From NCBI RefSeq assembly GCF_036321535.1, contig NC_087447.1, positions 46,812,001-46,876,000 on the forward strand: a stretch of DNA of 64,000 bases, in the 5' to 3' direction. Positions 51,001 to 64,000 of this stretch are shown one piece after another. The notes under the pieces are model-generated. The model saw only the letters and a program-made list of their open reading frames with translations. It was not told the origin of the DNA and did no database searches. The position numbers and the translations under genes are program-made. The stretch's first letter is position 1. Each line of letters begins with the position of its first letter. Source of the stretch: Camelus dromedarius. Lineage: Eukaryota.

Positions 51001-53599
51001 AATCAGTGGGTCAGGTTCAGGCTAGTCTTCACTTCAACTTTATATTTGCAGATCTGGGGAAAGAAGGATGAATGGCTTACACACACGCGCCCTACCAGAG
51101 CCTCCTTCAGAACCAGCCAGAGCTCTGCCTCTTCCACTCAGTCTTCCCTTGACAGCTCCTGCCCACACATCTCTTCTCTGAACTCCCATAGGAATGCTTG
51201 ATGCTTTGTGTGGCCACCCACTTCCTGAGTTTATGTCTCATCCCCCCAAATCCTGGAAGAGAAGTTAGGGCCATGGCTTCCCATTATTTTGTGCCTTCCA
51301 CAGCATCAAGTACTTGATTGAACAAGCTGTTGAACCAAATGTGTTGCCACCAGATGGCACCAGAGTCCCTGCTGTTCTGAAAATCTTGTGTAACTTTCAC
51401 TTAATTGCCAAGCTAGCCATTAAAAATGCCTTCCTTAGTGAAGAAGCTTTAACTTATTTATTAAGCAAAATGCCAATGAATACTATAGTAGACACAAATA
51501 AATTTACCAGGCAAAGTTGTAACTGACCATTTTCCCCAGGGTAGACTATTCTTTTCTCCCAGTCCCTCTGCCCTGCCCCTTGTCAGGCACTGGGCTTCCA
51601 CCCCAGCAGCTGCTTTCCAGGCCATGAACAGAATCTGGCTTTCAGGCCTCACTGATGGAGAATGCCTTGATACCTGAAAGTGGCCTCAAATTCTTGGTTT
51701 GGGTTTTGGGATAGTTTATTTTTCCCGGAAAGGGCAAATTAAACATTATAAAGAAATTGCTGTAATCCCACCACTTTAATATGTTGATTATTTTGGTTAC
51801 CTCATTGCAATCTGCTCTCTTATATATATGACTTTATGAAGTCTCGATCATGTGAAGCACAGTAAGAGCTCTCATTCACTGAATGATTACTGTGCAGCTC
51901 TGCTTGTGGTTTTATATACATTGCTTCCATTGAAATATAAGAGCTCTTATGTTGCATCCTTACATTGTATTTATTATATCACTTACATTGAATGCTTACC
52001 TCATTAGGCACTGTTCTAAGAGCTTTCCATGCGTTAATTCACATAATCTATACTCTCATCTAGCCTATTAAGAGTAGATATTGCTACCCTCATTTATAGT
52101 TCGGAAAACTGAAGCTTATCAGAGTTAAGTGACTTGCCTAAGGTAACACAGTAAATAACTATTGGGATTCATGTCTCGATCTCTAGTTCTAAAATCTCTG
52201 GTCATTTCCCTATATCATTCTACTTTGTTCACTTTTTGTTTAATGATTTCTATTTGTACTTTAGAAAGGGTCTGAAGATTCATAGACTCATTAAAATAAG
52301 GGTTTGGTTTATGTTACTCTCCTGCTAGATTGTGTTCCTTGAGGACCGAGATTAGAGGTCATGTTTATTTCTACATTCCTCTTCCCATCAAATGCAAAGT
52401 AAATACTTGATGGATAAAAGAGTGAATGTTGCCTTCATTCTTCCATGAGATCTGAGCTACAGGGCTGCTTAACAGAACCTTAGCCTGCTAGAACTTTAAT
52501 GGGCTTGAAAAATCAAGTCAAACCCTTCCTTTATTTAACAGGGAAGGCCCTTCTTAGGATGACCCTGTGAGTTGGAGGCAGAACAGAGCTAGAATCCAGG
52601 TCTTCTGGGCTTCTACTGGGCCATCTGGTTTCAAAGAGCCTAATCCTGTCCCTAAATTCCTCCCCTCCCCTCCCCTCTTCTCTTATCTTTCATGATGTGT
52701 AAGTTGAGTAGCTTTACACCCTTGAAGTTTCAAGCCTGTAAGTTACAAAGCAAGGCAAGATTTTTCATTCCTGTTACCCTGATGCCCAGATTTACTCCTG
52801 ATTATATCTTTGTTCAACTCAGGATAGAATCCGGGTCCTCTGCCTCTCACTGCACCCAAAATATGCAGAGCTGCAGCTCACACAAGGAAAATTACCTTGA
52901 CTGGATTCCCCCAGAACTATTGATGGTTGATAGGGAGTGGGAAAGAGGCTTTAGGACAGTCTGGTAGTTTTCATGCAACAGCCAAGTTTTTGGAAAAGCT
53001 GGAAGGAGACCAGGAATTCCTGCTCTTTCTCAGAGAGGACACGTGATTTAATTCTTCTCTAGTCTCTGGGACAGCTGTTTTGTAAACACCCTGTGAGCCT
53101 ATGAAAGCAAGAGGTCTGAAGGCTAAAGACCCTGCCGCCCTTCTTTCTGCACCCACCTTCCTCTCCCCTCTTTTAGTGTCACGATTCTGGTTGTCTTATC
53201 CCCTAGTTTAAATAATCTGCAGCTGTTTATTGCAATGTCTTTTTCTGATTTTCTCCCAGTGTGTCCTAGAATGTCACCTGGGGCATTATTTGGGTAGCCA
53301 TTTGTTAGTACATCCTGGTGCTTCCACACTTTTTATGTAAGGCCAGAAGTATTTTAGAATGCTTCACTCAGAGAATTAGCTGGGGCTTCCTGTACAGGAG
53401 AGTTGGTACTGAGGCTACATTGCTCACTGACCAGTGGGCACACACAAGGGAAGCTCTAAAGCAAAGTGGCCACTAACCGTTCTCTTGCATTGTCTTTTTT
53501 TAAATATGTAAAATAATAGTAATAAAAAGCCAAAAACTTTTTCTTGCCATAGAGCAGTCTATAAAAGAGTAGTAGCTGCAGACAGCTAAACACTAAAAA

Positions 53600-53897
53600 G
53601 ATGCCTTAGCCAGTCCCATGGGGCTGTTGAACATTTGAAATGCAGCTAGTCTGTTTTGAGATACCCTATAATTATTAAAAAAAAAGTTGAATTTCAAAGT
53701 CTTAGAACAAAAGGAAAAAGTAAAATATTTCTCAAATATTTCACATTGAGTACATGTTGAAAGGTAATATTTTTGACACATGGGTTAAATAAAATATTAA
53801 AATTAATATCTGTTTCTCTTTATTTTTTTAAACATAGCTACTAGGAAACTTTAAATTACATACATGACTCACATTATATTTTGACTGGGCAGCACTA
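53600..53897. mobile_element. MER33/MER3-like hAT element
   Basis: CATTTGAAATGCAGCTAGT...GCTACTAGGAAACTTTAAATTACATACATGACTCACATTATATT...GGGCAGCACT. Confidence 0.6.
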
Positions 53898-54022
53898 GTC
53901 TATAAATGCCCAAGAGTAAATACTTTCTCAAAAGTTTTCTCTTTTATGGAACTTCAGGACACTAGCTACTATTTCCCTCTCTATAGTCACCCACCTATCC
54001 TCCTTTTAAAAAAAATGTTCTT

Positions 54023-54144
54023 GAGGGGAGAGTATAGCTTAGTGGTAGAGGGCATGCCTAGCATGCACAAGGTCCTGGGTTCAGTCCCCAGTACCTCCAT
54101 TAAAACAAACAAACAAACAAACCGAAATACTGCCCCCTCCTCCC
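54023..54144 (+). mobile_element. tRNA-derived SINE (vic-1 type)
   Basis: A/B boxes, (AAAC)n tail, and TSD AAAATGTTCTT / AAAATGATCTT. Confidence 0.85.
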
Positions 54145-55214
54145 AAAATGATCTTTAATTTTATTTGATAACATCAGGAAGAAAGTCTCCATTAAGTGCT
54201 AGATATTGTCGTTGTTGTTATTATTATTATTATTATTATTTTTTTTTTTTTTAACACCTGCTACTCACCTGAGAAGAGTGATATCTAGTGAAAACTGGGT
54301 GGTTGGGGGAAGGCGTTAGGAGGCAGTGGAGCAGAAGACTGGTGATTAGTCCAAACTTCTGACTTAGAATTGTTTTATACACTTGGAACTCTTCAGCTAG
54401 CAAGTCTGAGGTAAAGATCTGGAGGAGGAAAAGTAAAACAGACACTCCCTAAAACAGAAATGTGCCTCCCTCTTAGGGCTCTAGTCTTGCTTTCCTCTCA
54501 TTTATGTAAATTCATTGAGGATCTGTCATGTGCCAGACAGTTTCCTAGCACAGAGGAGTCAGATGAGTACAGCCTCGTCACTGCTCTCAGGGAGCTTACA
54601 TTAAGGAAGAGAATGAGTTCGAATCTAGTCTCATACTCTAGGTAAGCACTATAACAATGTTGAAAAAGAAAATGCTTTTGAAGTACTAGAAAGTCTGACT
54701 TATTTTGCCTGGAAAGGAGACCAAAGGCTTCATGTGTCTTGGATGTGGTATTATCAGGCCGAAAGATAGATGGAAAAGATGTTTTAGCCTGAGGAGGACA
54801 ACTTCACTACAGGCAAGCGGAGTGATCGAAGGTGGTCCTTGAAATAGTAGTTTAGAGCTCCACTGTGGGAGATTTGACAGCCTGTCTGAGGATGTTGGAT
54901 CTTATCCTGTAGACAGGGGACCCTTAGAGGATTCTAAGCAGGAGAATAACATGTTCAAGACTGGATGTGCTCCTGGGAAGGATAGAAGGGAAGGGAGAAA
55001 CTGAAAGCAAGGAGACTTAACAAAGAGGTCGTGGTCAGCCAGGTGAGGGTCAGCAAGGGCTCAAGTGGAAAGGGGAGAATATGTACAGTAAACAATTGGG
55101 TGGGGGATAAAAGGTTGGTGTCAGGCACAGTCCCAGGCTCCTAATTTGGGTCACTAGGAGGTGCCTTTATCCAAAACTGGAAATGTAGGAGAGGAACAGG
55201 CTAAAATGGAATAG

Positions 55215-55448
<234 letters not shown>

Positions 55449-58175
55449 TGAGAGTTTGGGTGGTGGGTAGCGGGAAGGAGCTAGGTTTCCCAAAACTGAT
55501 GGGTTGGGATGTGTGGGAGTGGGGCAGGTTTAGTTTGAAAAAATTACAGCTTTTGTCTGCCAAGATTACTTGGCTCAGGGTCCCACCAAAACAAGCTGAT
55601 TGGGAGACCTCCTGCCCCATTCACAGATTAAAAACCCCAAGTATTTCCCTGTAACTTACCTTATGATTTCTATTAAGGTCTATTTATATTAAAAGCAAAC
55701 AAAATAAGTAAGCAAATCCTGGTCATTGTGGTCTCATTTTAAATGTTATTTTCTTTTGTGAACCTTTCTCTGATCTCTAAATTAGATTTTCTGTTGTATT
55801 CTTTCATAGTGGTCTATAGTTTTTCCTTGTAGAACTTATCACAGTTCACAACTAAATATTATTTTGAGTATCTGTCTTCTCCACTAAACTAACTGTGAGA
55901 TCAGGAGCCACACCTATTTTGTTTATCACTGTATATCCAGGCCCTGTGGCACAGGGCCTGGCACATAGTAGCCTATTCTATGAATTTTTGTTGAATGAAT
56001 GAATCTCAGCAAATTTATAATTTTCCAATAAACAATACTTCCTTCTTGGGTCACAGAGCAGCCTCTGCCTGTATAATTCTTTTGTATTTCCAAATGCATT
56101 TCCCATTTGATCCTCTCAACCAACTTGTGAGGTCATTTAATCTGTACCTGACAGGACAAAAAGCGAGATTTTTCTCATTCATTCATTCAGCAAGCACCTG
56201 CTTCGTGTCAGGCCCTGTGCTGAGCACTGGGGATACAGAGCTGGGTAAGACATGGTCCCTGCCCTTAATGGAGGAGATGGACGAGAAAGCAGCTGTCTCA
56301 GTGCAGTTGGTAAGTGCTGTGAGACATGCGTGTGCAGGTCCAGAAGGGCCTAACAGAAGAACTGGCCAGCCTCAATGTTGTGACTGCCTCATCCATAGTC
56401 TTCCAAATTGCAGCTTGCTCTTTTTCCCATGCCTTGTATGTTCCACTTTACTGTAAGCCTTTCTTTGGCCTTCTGTGTTTCATTGTTCAAAGGTAAATTT
56501 ATTTTCAAGGTGAGGTCGGTGATCCAGAAGCCCGTCTCTGGCTGGGGTAGCCTACTTTATGTTAAGAGCCATTAGAGGATCTACAGGCTCTGGAGCCAGA
56601 TGGGTGTGGATTGCAATCCCCAGCCCTGCCACTTGTTAATTATATGGCCTGTATGCCCTTTTTTGAGCCTTGAATTCTTTATCCCTAAAAGTGTGACAAT
56701 AATTGCTACCTCACATAGGCTAATATGGCGAAAAAGTGTAATAAGCATGTAAGGTCATCAAGTAACACACGGTTTCAACTTCTAGCTAAAATGCCTAAAA
56801 ATGTGTCTATAACATGGGAGGTTTTGATAATAATAGCAACTAACATTTGATAGTGCTTTACAATCTCAAAGCACTTTCATAAACATCCACATTTATTCAT
56901 GCAGCATTTATTGAGCATTTATTTATTATATACACCAGGAAATGGGCTCTGTACAATCTAACTAGAAAGGTAGCAAGGATTTTTCTCTTTTACAAATAAG
57001 TAAACTTGTCTCAAGGATGAGATGACTTTTCTGCGGTTGTTACTCAGCTACTAAACCTCACTTAATCCAGATTCTACCTAAAATTCCACATCCTTTCTGC
57101 TGCATCTCACTCCCATCTGATCAGTACAAACGCTGGATAATGGAGCTGTCTGTGGTCTTTAAGTGCAGGCACTGCAAGGTGTTTGGGGCACTTCGCTAGC
57201 CTAAGAAGCCATTGCCTCTTGCTTAACCAAAGCAGGGAGGCCCCAGCAGGGAACTTGAGCATCCTCCCTGGGGCCAAGCAGGGCTGGTGATAACCTAATT
57301 GGCTCTTAGGAGCCAGGCAGATTGTGGAATTGCTCCTTAATTCTCCTCACTGGTAGAATAGTGGCCCCTGATATCAGGGACCTACCTCCATAGCATTTAA
57401 AAGACTCTGGTACATTCTGGGAACCATCTTTCCTCTCTGAACCTAGCTGCAGTCAACCAGCCAGATTCTACACCTCTTTTTATTGGATCCTAGGGAGCTC
57501 AGCTCCTCCTTCAGGAGCATCGCACAGCCCACACCACCCCACTGCCACCATCAGCCACACACATCCAATTCAAAGGCGGTATTTGAGTGCCTCCTTCCTT
57601 ATCCCTTGTCCTCCAGTAGGGAAAAAAAAAAGTCATTTTGGGAATCTTGCACGATACTACTACACCAGTGGCGCTGTTGGAAAAAATATCATTTTGAAAG
57701 AAAATTCATTAGACATCATTCATTTTGTTGCTGGCCTATGAATAGGAGCAAAGCAGTATTCAGGTTAACCTTGCTCAGTTACAAAAGCCTGTAGCTAATT
57801 CTACCTCTTACTCATCTTCCCTTGAATTCTTTCTTGACAAGAATACCTGTTTCCTTCTGAGCATAGCTCTAGTTATTTACTTTCACTTCCTTATCCAACT
57901 AATCTGAATTTGAGATGACGTAGCTGTCTGAGGTCAGCCGTGCACTTTCTTTCTTTGAGATTGAAACATTCTTTTAAGGCTCTCTTTTCTTCCCTTGGTC
58001 TGAGACCAGGAAACTACAGAGCACTAGCTTCCTGGTATGTGGAGGTGTTTCTGCAGTTGAGGGAATGACCAGCTTTGTACAGTAACTGAAGTTGCTCAAT
58101 AAAAGTCCAAGCAAAGAGCCTAATGTCCCCCATTGATGTGAGAATAAGGGCTTCTGGTGGTCCAGAGGCCCCTAG

Positions 58176-58331
<156 letters not shown>

Positions 58332-58726
58332 TGAGTACCCTTTGCTTGTTTTTGCTGGTGTTTAGGAAGGGGGTACTGGTGAGATGTACCTTCCTTTCTG
58401 GGGCAAGTCCTGAGTATGAACAAAGGGGGCATGGCACCCAGGGTAGGAGACTTGGGCTGTGGGGCATGGGGGGTGGGCCCTCCATGATTTGTGCTGGCAA
58501 AGAGAAAGAAATGTCTGGATAATAGAGTTAGAGTCTCAAATCATTGATTGTATTTCCCAAGAGTTTATATTTTAGTGGAAAAATGTAATAACAAAAGTAG
58601 GCATTAGTAATGACTGTAGCCAGTTACCTATAGCTCCATCACCCTATAGAACCGTCTTCCTTGTCTGCGTGTGACATTTTATTGCAGCATCCTCTCTCCC
58701 TGAGGAGAGACTTATGTTCAGATAGA

Positions 58727-58939
58727 CAGGGGTTGGCAAACTATGTCCTGTGGGCCAAAGTGGCCTACCTCCTGGTTTTATAAAATGAAAAAACTTTGTA
58801 CAGGAACAATCACACTCACTTGTTTACACATTGTCTATGGCTGTTTTTGCAGTAAAACAGCAAAGTTGAATAATTGTGGCAGATACAAAGCCTAAAATAT
58901 TTACCATCTGACTCTATAGAAAAAGATTGCTGACCCCTG
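58727..58939. mobile_element. MER58A-like hAT element
   Basis: Inverted termini CAGGGGTTGGCAAA ... TTGCTGACCCCTG, 213 nt. Confidence 0.8.
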
Positions 58940-61070
58940 GACTCAGTTGAACTCATAAGACACAGTTGGCCAGAAGGATACAAGACAGGAAATAGCAGGG
59001 CCGTGTCTGTAGGAGTCCTCAGAATAGTCCCAGGGCTGAGATACAAGGGAATGAGACCATGCAGATGGGTCTGGGAGCCACCCAGGCCCAGAATCCCCCA
59101 TGTCCCACAAAGGGATACATCAGCTTTCAGACTCTCCCAGTCCAGATACAGTGTACTAATCACAAGTCGGGGTTCAACATGGAAGAACTGATGCTTTGTA
59201 ACACAGCTGACATTTCACCTTTATCAGGTTTCTAAGGAAATAGTTCCAGAAAGTTAACCTTTCAGTCCCGCTCTGTTGTTGGGCACATAGTTTGTTTTTC
59301 AGTTTACTGCTGTCACAGATGACATTGCTAAGTTGCTTCCTAAGGATACTTTACCAGGAGTGGGATTCTGACTGTTGCTTCATATTGTCAAGCTTTCTAG
59401 AAGATCTGTATCAGCCCACAGGCCCACCACCCCCAACTAAGGCAGAAGCCGAGTAATCCTGGAGGCTGAGACTAGAGGGTACAGTGAGTGAGTAGGGCAG
59501 AAGAAGGTAGAAATGTAGTTTCCTGGCTGAGGTAGTAGGGGCTGGGGACTGTGGATCATGAGGAATCCTAAGCCTGGGACAGTACACTGAAGCCAGAGAG
59601 TTGGGATTCAAATCTAAATTCGTGACCACTGGCCTCTTCCTCAAACCTAGTACATTGTGGGCAGGAGTCTCTGAAACTGAAAGGAATAAGTTCTACTTTA
59701 TATAGTGTGAGGACACCCATGGAATTCTTTATTCCAGGGATAGTACAGGCTGAAAGCATAAACAGGCTACACAAAGGCTTACAGGAATTCATCAGTGCAG
59801 AGTCAATATATCTTACCGAAGGAAAGCAAGATATTTCCAGATATCTTCCTAACCCATGTGGTTAAAAAAAAAAATCAAGATTCTGCATTATGTTTCAAAG
59901 ATATTTATTCTAGAATTACAATTTCTTTTTACTTATGTAAACTGTACAAGGAGGAAAACATAATTGAGAGTCTTGACCATTTTTATGCTACTGATCAAGT
60001 TAATTGGTATAAGATCACAATGTTTCATTAGCAGGTTAAATACTACATTATTGGGCAAAAAAATAAAGATGAAGATCATTTCCTTCAAAAAAAAAAAAAA
60101 AGGTTGGGCAAGTTCAAGTTTCTAAGATAAATATAACTTACAACTTTAAGTGAACACATACTATTAACAGTAAAATGTTTTAACAAAGATAATTTTCTAT
60201 AAGAAACATTTAAAGATTCAAGTTTGCAAATTATTAGTCCCTGGAATTACTAAAAACAACGTTCCTAATATTATAGGCATGTTGTCTGTCTTAGTAAGTA
60301 GACTTGGACCAGGATTTAACCTTGATGACAATACAGAATATGTATAGATGCAACTTAAAATTTTGTGGTAACTGGTATGTAATTATTTACTAACTTTATC
60401 TTTCTTTTCTAAAGGTGTGGTTGGCAAACTTTTTCTATAAAGGGCCAAAGAATAAATATTTTAGGCTTTGTGGGACAAAAGGCAAAATCGAGGATGGTAT
60501 GTAGGTACTTACATAACCAGATAGAAGGCTCTTCCCTTGCTCCCCCCTTTTGCCTGGGTGGGGTGTCTCAGATGGTGGGCATACTTTGCACCCACTTGCC
60601 ATCAGATGAGATTCTCAGGAGGGGCCTGATGGGAGTGGGTGACCACTGGGATCATTTTCGTTCTATGCTCCGGTGACACCCAGATCCTGCTGGGCCACTC
60701 CCTCCTTTCGCAGGGCTCAGCCACTTCAACTTGGGCAGCTGGCTGAAGGTGAGGCAATTTAGTGAGTTGCCAACTTCCAGACTGAAAATTCCACTGCTTA
60801 GTGCCCGGCAATCGCCAACAGTGGAGTCCCAACATATAGGTGTTAGCCAGAGTAGGCCCTAGGCAGCTGCCATGGTCACCAGTTAGAGGAGGCAGGCCCT
60901 GGCAATAAAGTGGGGAAGAGGGCAGAAGGGGATACCCTGGCTTGGTCTTTGCAGTTCCCAATCCTAGCCTGTTCAGATGGTGCCCACAGAACATGTAAAA
61001 ACAGGCAACAGGCTGGATTTGGTTTTCGTTTGCCAACACTTGCTCCAGGTCTTGAGGCTTCCAACTTTAG

Positions 61071-61361
<291 letters not shown>

Positions 61362-61499
61362 TAAGCCGTACAAAATCCTTCAAGATGTGAGTGGTATGTA
61401 TGGAGATTCCTTCCTTAAAAATTGGAAAGTCAGATCTCAGATGGAATTTTTAACTCTAAGCCATTATAAGAATCACTTTACCCTGCAGGAGATTGTCCC

Positions 61500-62420
61500 T
61501 CAACAAATATTTATTTAATGCCTCCTGTGTGTCTGGGCACTGTGTATGTGCTGAAATGACAAAGGTATACAAAAATAAACATGGTTCTTGCCCAGATGGA
61601 GTTTACTCTCCAGTGACAGAGATGAATATTAAAGTAATGAGAACATAAATAAATTATATGTGATATATAATATATTATTATATTATGAATTATATTACTA
61701 AAATTATAACTTTAATAAATGTTATGAAGGGAAGGGTCATGATACTATGAACAAATATAGTCCTAGTCTTGGGGCTCAAAGGTAGCTTTCCTGAAGATGT
61801 GACTATTGAACTGACCTGAACAATGAGTAGGGGTTAACTAGATGAAGTGAAAAGTGAAGTGTGTACCGAGGAGAGGAAATAGCATGTGTTAGAGTCCTGC
61901 AGTGGGAGAGAGGGTGAGCACTTTGAGGAACTAAGGCTCATGTGGCTGCTGGGCTGAATTATAGTGGAAGTATCTGGCGGGATAGTCAGAGGCTAGACTA
62001 GAGAAAGCCTTTTGGCCAAATGAAAGATTGTCATTTTTATACTAAAAATACCAGGAGGCTAAGATAGAAAATGACACCATCAGATCTGCACTTTGAAATG
62101 ATCATTCTGGCTGCTTGGGTAGAGAATAGATCAAAGCACATAGATTGGAGTGACCTGCTTAAGACTGTTTAAGAGACAGTTGCAGTAATCTGGGCAAGGT
62201 GAAGGTAGCTTGGATTAGGGCAGAAATGGTGAGAAGTGGGGAGAAGTGGACTATTTGAGAAGTATTTTAGAGGTAAGTTTGACAGGACTTGGATATAGAT
62301 TCGTTCTGGAGACTGAAGGAAACAATATGAGGGAAAGAAAGGGAGGTGTCAAGGCTGACATTTCTAACTCAAGCAACTCCTTGGATGGGATACTCTTCAC
62401 TGAGATAGGAAATGCTGCAA
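61500..62420 (-). mobile_element. L2 fragment
   Basis: CAACAAATATTTATT...GGCACTGTG...CAGATCTGCACTTTGAAATGATCATTCTGGCTGC, typical of L2. Confidence 0.6.
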
Positions 62421-64000
62421 GAGGACCAGGTGGAGACCGTGGGGAGACTCTTCAAGCTTAGAATACGGGTAAAATCACAGCCAATCTAAGAAACCCAAGT
62501 CAGTATCCCTGTTTCTTTTTTTCAAAATGTAAATATGTCTTTGCTTTGCTGTTGATAACAGTAATACATCCATTTGGTAATTGTATAAACAACACAGACT
62601 TGCTCCCCATCTCAATATCATCCTGTTAGGCCTCACCCCAAGGAGGAATATTTCCGAGTTTAATAGACATATGTCCAATTCTATGCTGAAATACGTGTGA
62701 CTCTGTCTGGTGAGTGAGGACTGAAGGACATTCAGAAGTTGCTACATCGAGGTTTGGCAGGTTAGGAGGATATCTGGGAAGCAGGTACTCTTGGAACGCC
62801 CGGCTAACAGTCCTAGTGTTTAGGCAGCAGATATCAGTGGAGACCAATTGAGAACAAGAAAGGCTTGGCTGTGACTTCACGTGAGGCACCTCAGCAGCTC
62901 TTGGTGAGTTTGAGGCAGTTTTGAAGGTAGGAGCCTATTGGCTGCGCAAATTTGCATGTCACTGCTGCTGCGACCTCATTTGTGCCATGAGCTGGTAGTC
63001 TCAGGCCAGTTCACGTTAAATAGAATACTCAGCTGTCACCTCCAGTAGCTTTAATCAGGTACAGTTTTAGATCTAGGACTTTGTTCCTCAGTGTCATGGG
63101 ACTGTTTATTTTTCCTGTAATGAATCAAATTGAAAACAAAGCATATTGGGTCACTTTATAGACAGCCTATTAGATTCTTTTCTGAACAGCTGTCTTATGT
63201 TTTAGCTGCATTTCACGTCTTTTATCTATTTGTGTAGATTTCAGCAATTCCTTTAATCAGTTCACTCCCAAAAGAGATTTCCAGGCCCTGGATTGTCTCA
63301 TTACTAACTTCACTTTCAACTGCAGCTGTTTACTAAGCCTGCTTTATGGCACAGCCAGCTTTTCAAAGTCACTCTCGCCAGAATCCTGTCCTTTACCCTC
63401 TAGTGATTTCTTTTTCTTCTCGTTCTGTTTTTATAGGACCAATTCTCTGCTTTTTCCAGGTTGTTGCCAACTTTATCTCAAGATTATTATTAGCTGTCAA
63501 TTTAAGCATAGCCTTAATTCCCTCAGATGGGTCCCTAATAACCAGCCTACAGAATCCCTCTTATGTCCAAATGGAACTGAGCTCAGAATTGATCCATAAG
63601 TTAGCTTCTCCTCTGGGAGATGGAGCTGTTACATTGGCCTCCCAAAATGGGATTTGAGCTGGGCCTCTTTCCATGCTCTCGGGAAGAATTATTGGGTACT
63701 CCAGTGATTATAAATGATAATCCCTAGTAACATAATTGCCTAATAATGATCATTCCAGCTTCACCAAGAGACCTGGTGGGACAATTTCTCGTTAGGGTGG
63801 AGTGTGCCTCAACCACCAGCTCTTGACCTCTCATATTCTCCTTCCTTTTGTGGGATCTCGCTTGTTACCACCACTACTCCCTAACAGTGTGGCCCAAGGA
63901 TAAACCCATGTACCTCCTTGTACTTACTCTTAGCACAAGAACATAAAGCTCAAACAATCACACTGGACTTTATTAAAGGGTTAAGGATGATAGCAGGAAA

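Noticed and set aside
1215..54144. Six tRNA-like sequences with A/B boxes as tRNA genes
   Set aside because: They have A-rich tails, TSDs and mutual divergence, so they are SINEs.

Overview
Mammalian genomic DNA, most likely camelid (alpaca/camel), judged from six tRNA-derived vic-1-type SINEs. Two genes lie head-to-head on a shared CpG-island promoter (~8.3-9.9 kb). On the minus strand are the first four coding exons of XNDC1N/Xndc1, a poorly characterised XRCC1-N-terminal-domain gene: ATG at 4761, 167 codons read by hand, running off the left edge. On the plus strand are coding exons 1-6 of the multi-pass membrane E3 ligase RNF121: ATG at 9404, with the RING exons beyond the right edge. The rest is intron filled with L1, L2, MIR, a near full-length Tigger1 and small hAT/Tigger MER elements. 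I see no prokaryotic-type system or CRISPR array. The most notable observations are: (1) a SINE target-site duplication that copied an XNDC1N splice donor, with the copies differing only at the donor +1 G; (2) a stop-free, phase-0, 180-nt RNF121 exon 2-3 cassette between two >20-kb introns carrying inverted repeats, a circRNA/rolling-circle ORF candidate; (3) loss of the XRCC1 redox-switch residues in XNDC1N; (4) several post-transcriptional control candidates (uORF, 5'UTR G-quadruplex, tandem splice sites). Gene and repeat names come from remembered sequences, not database searches.
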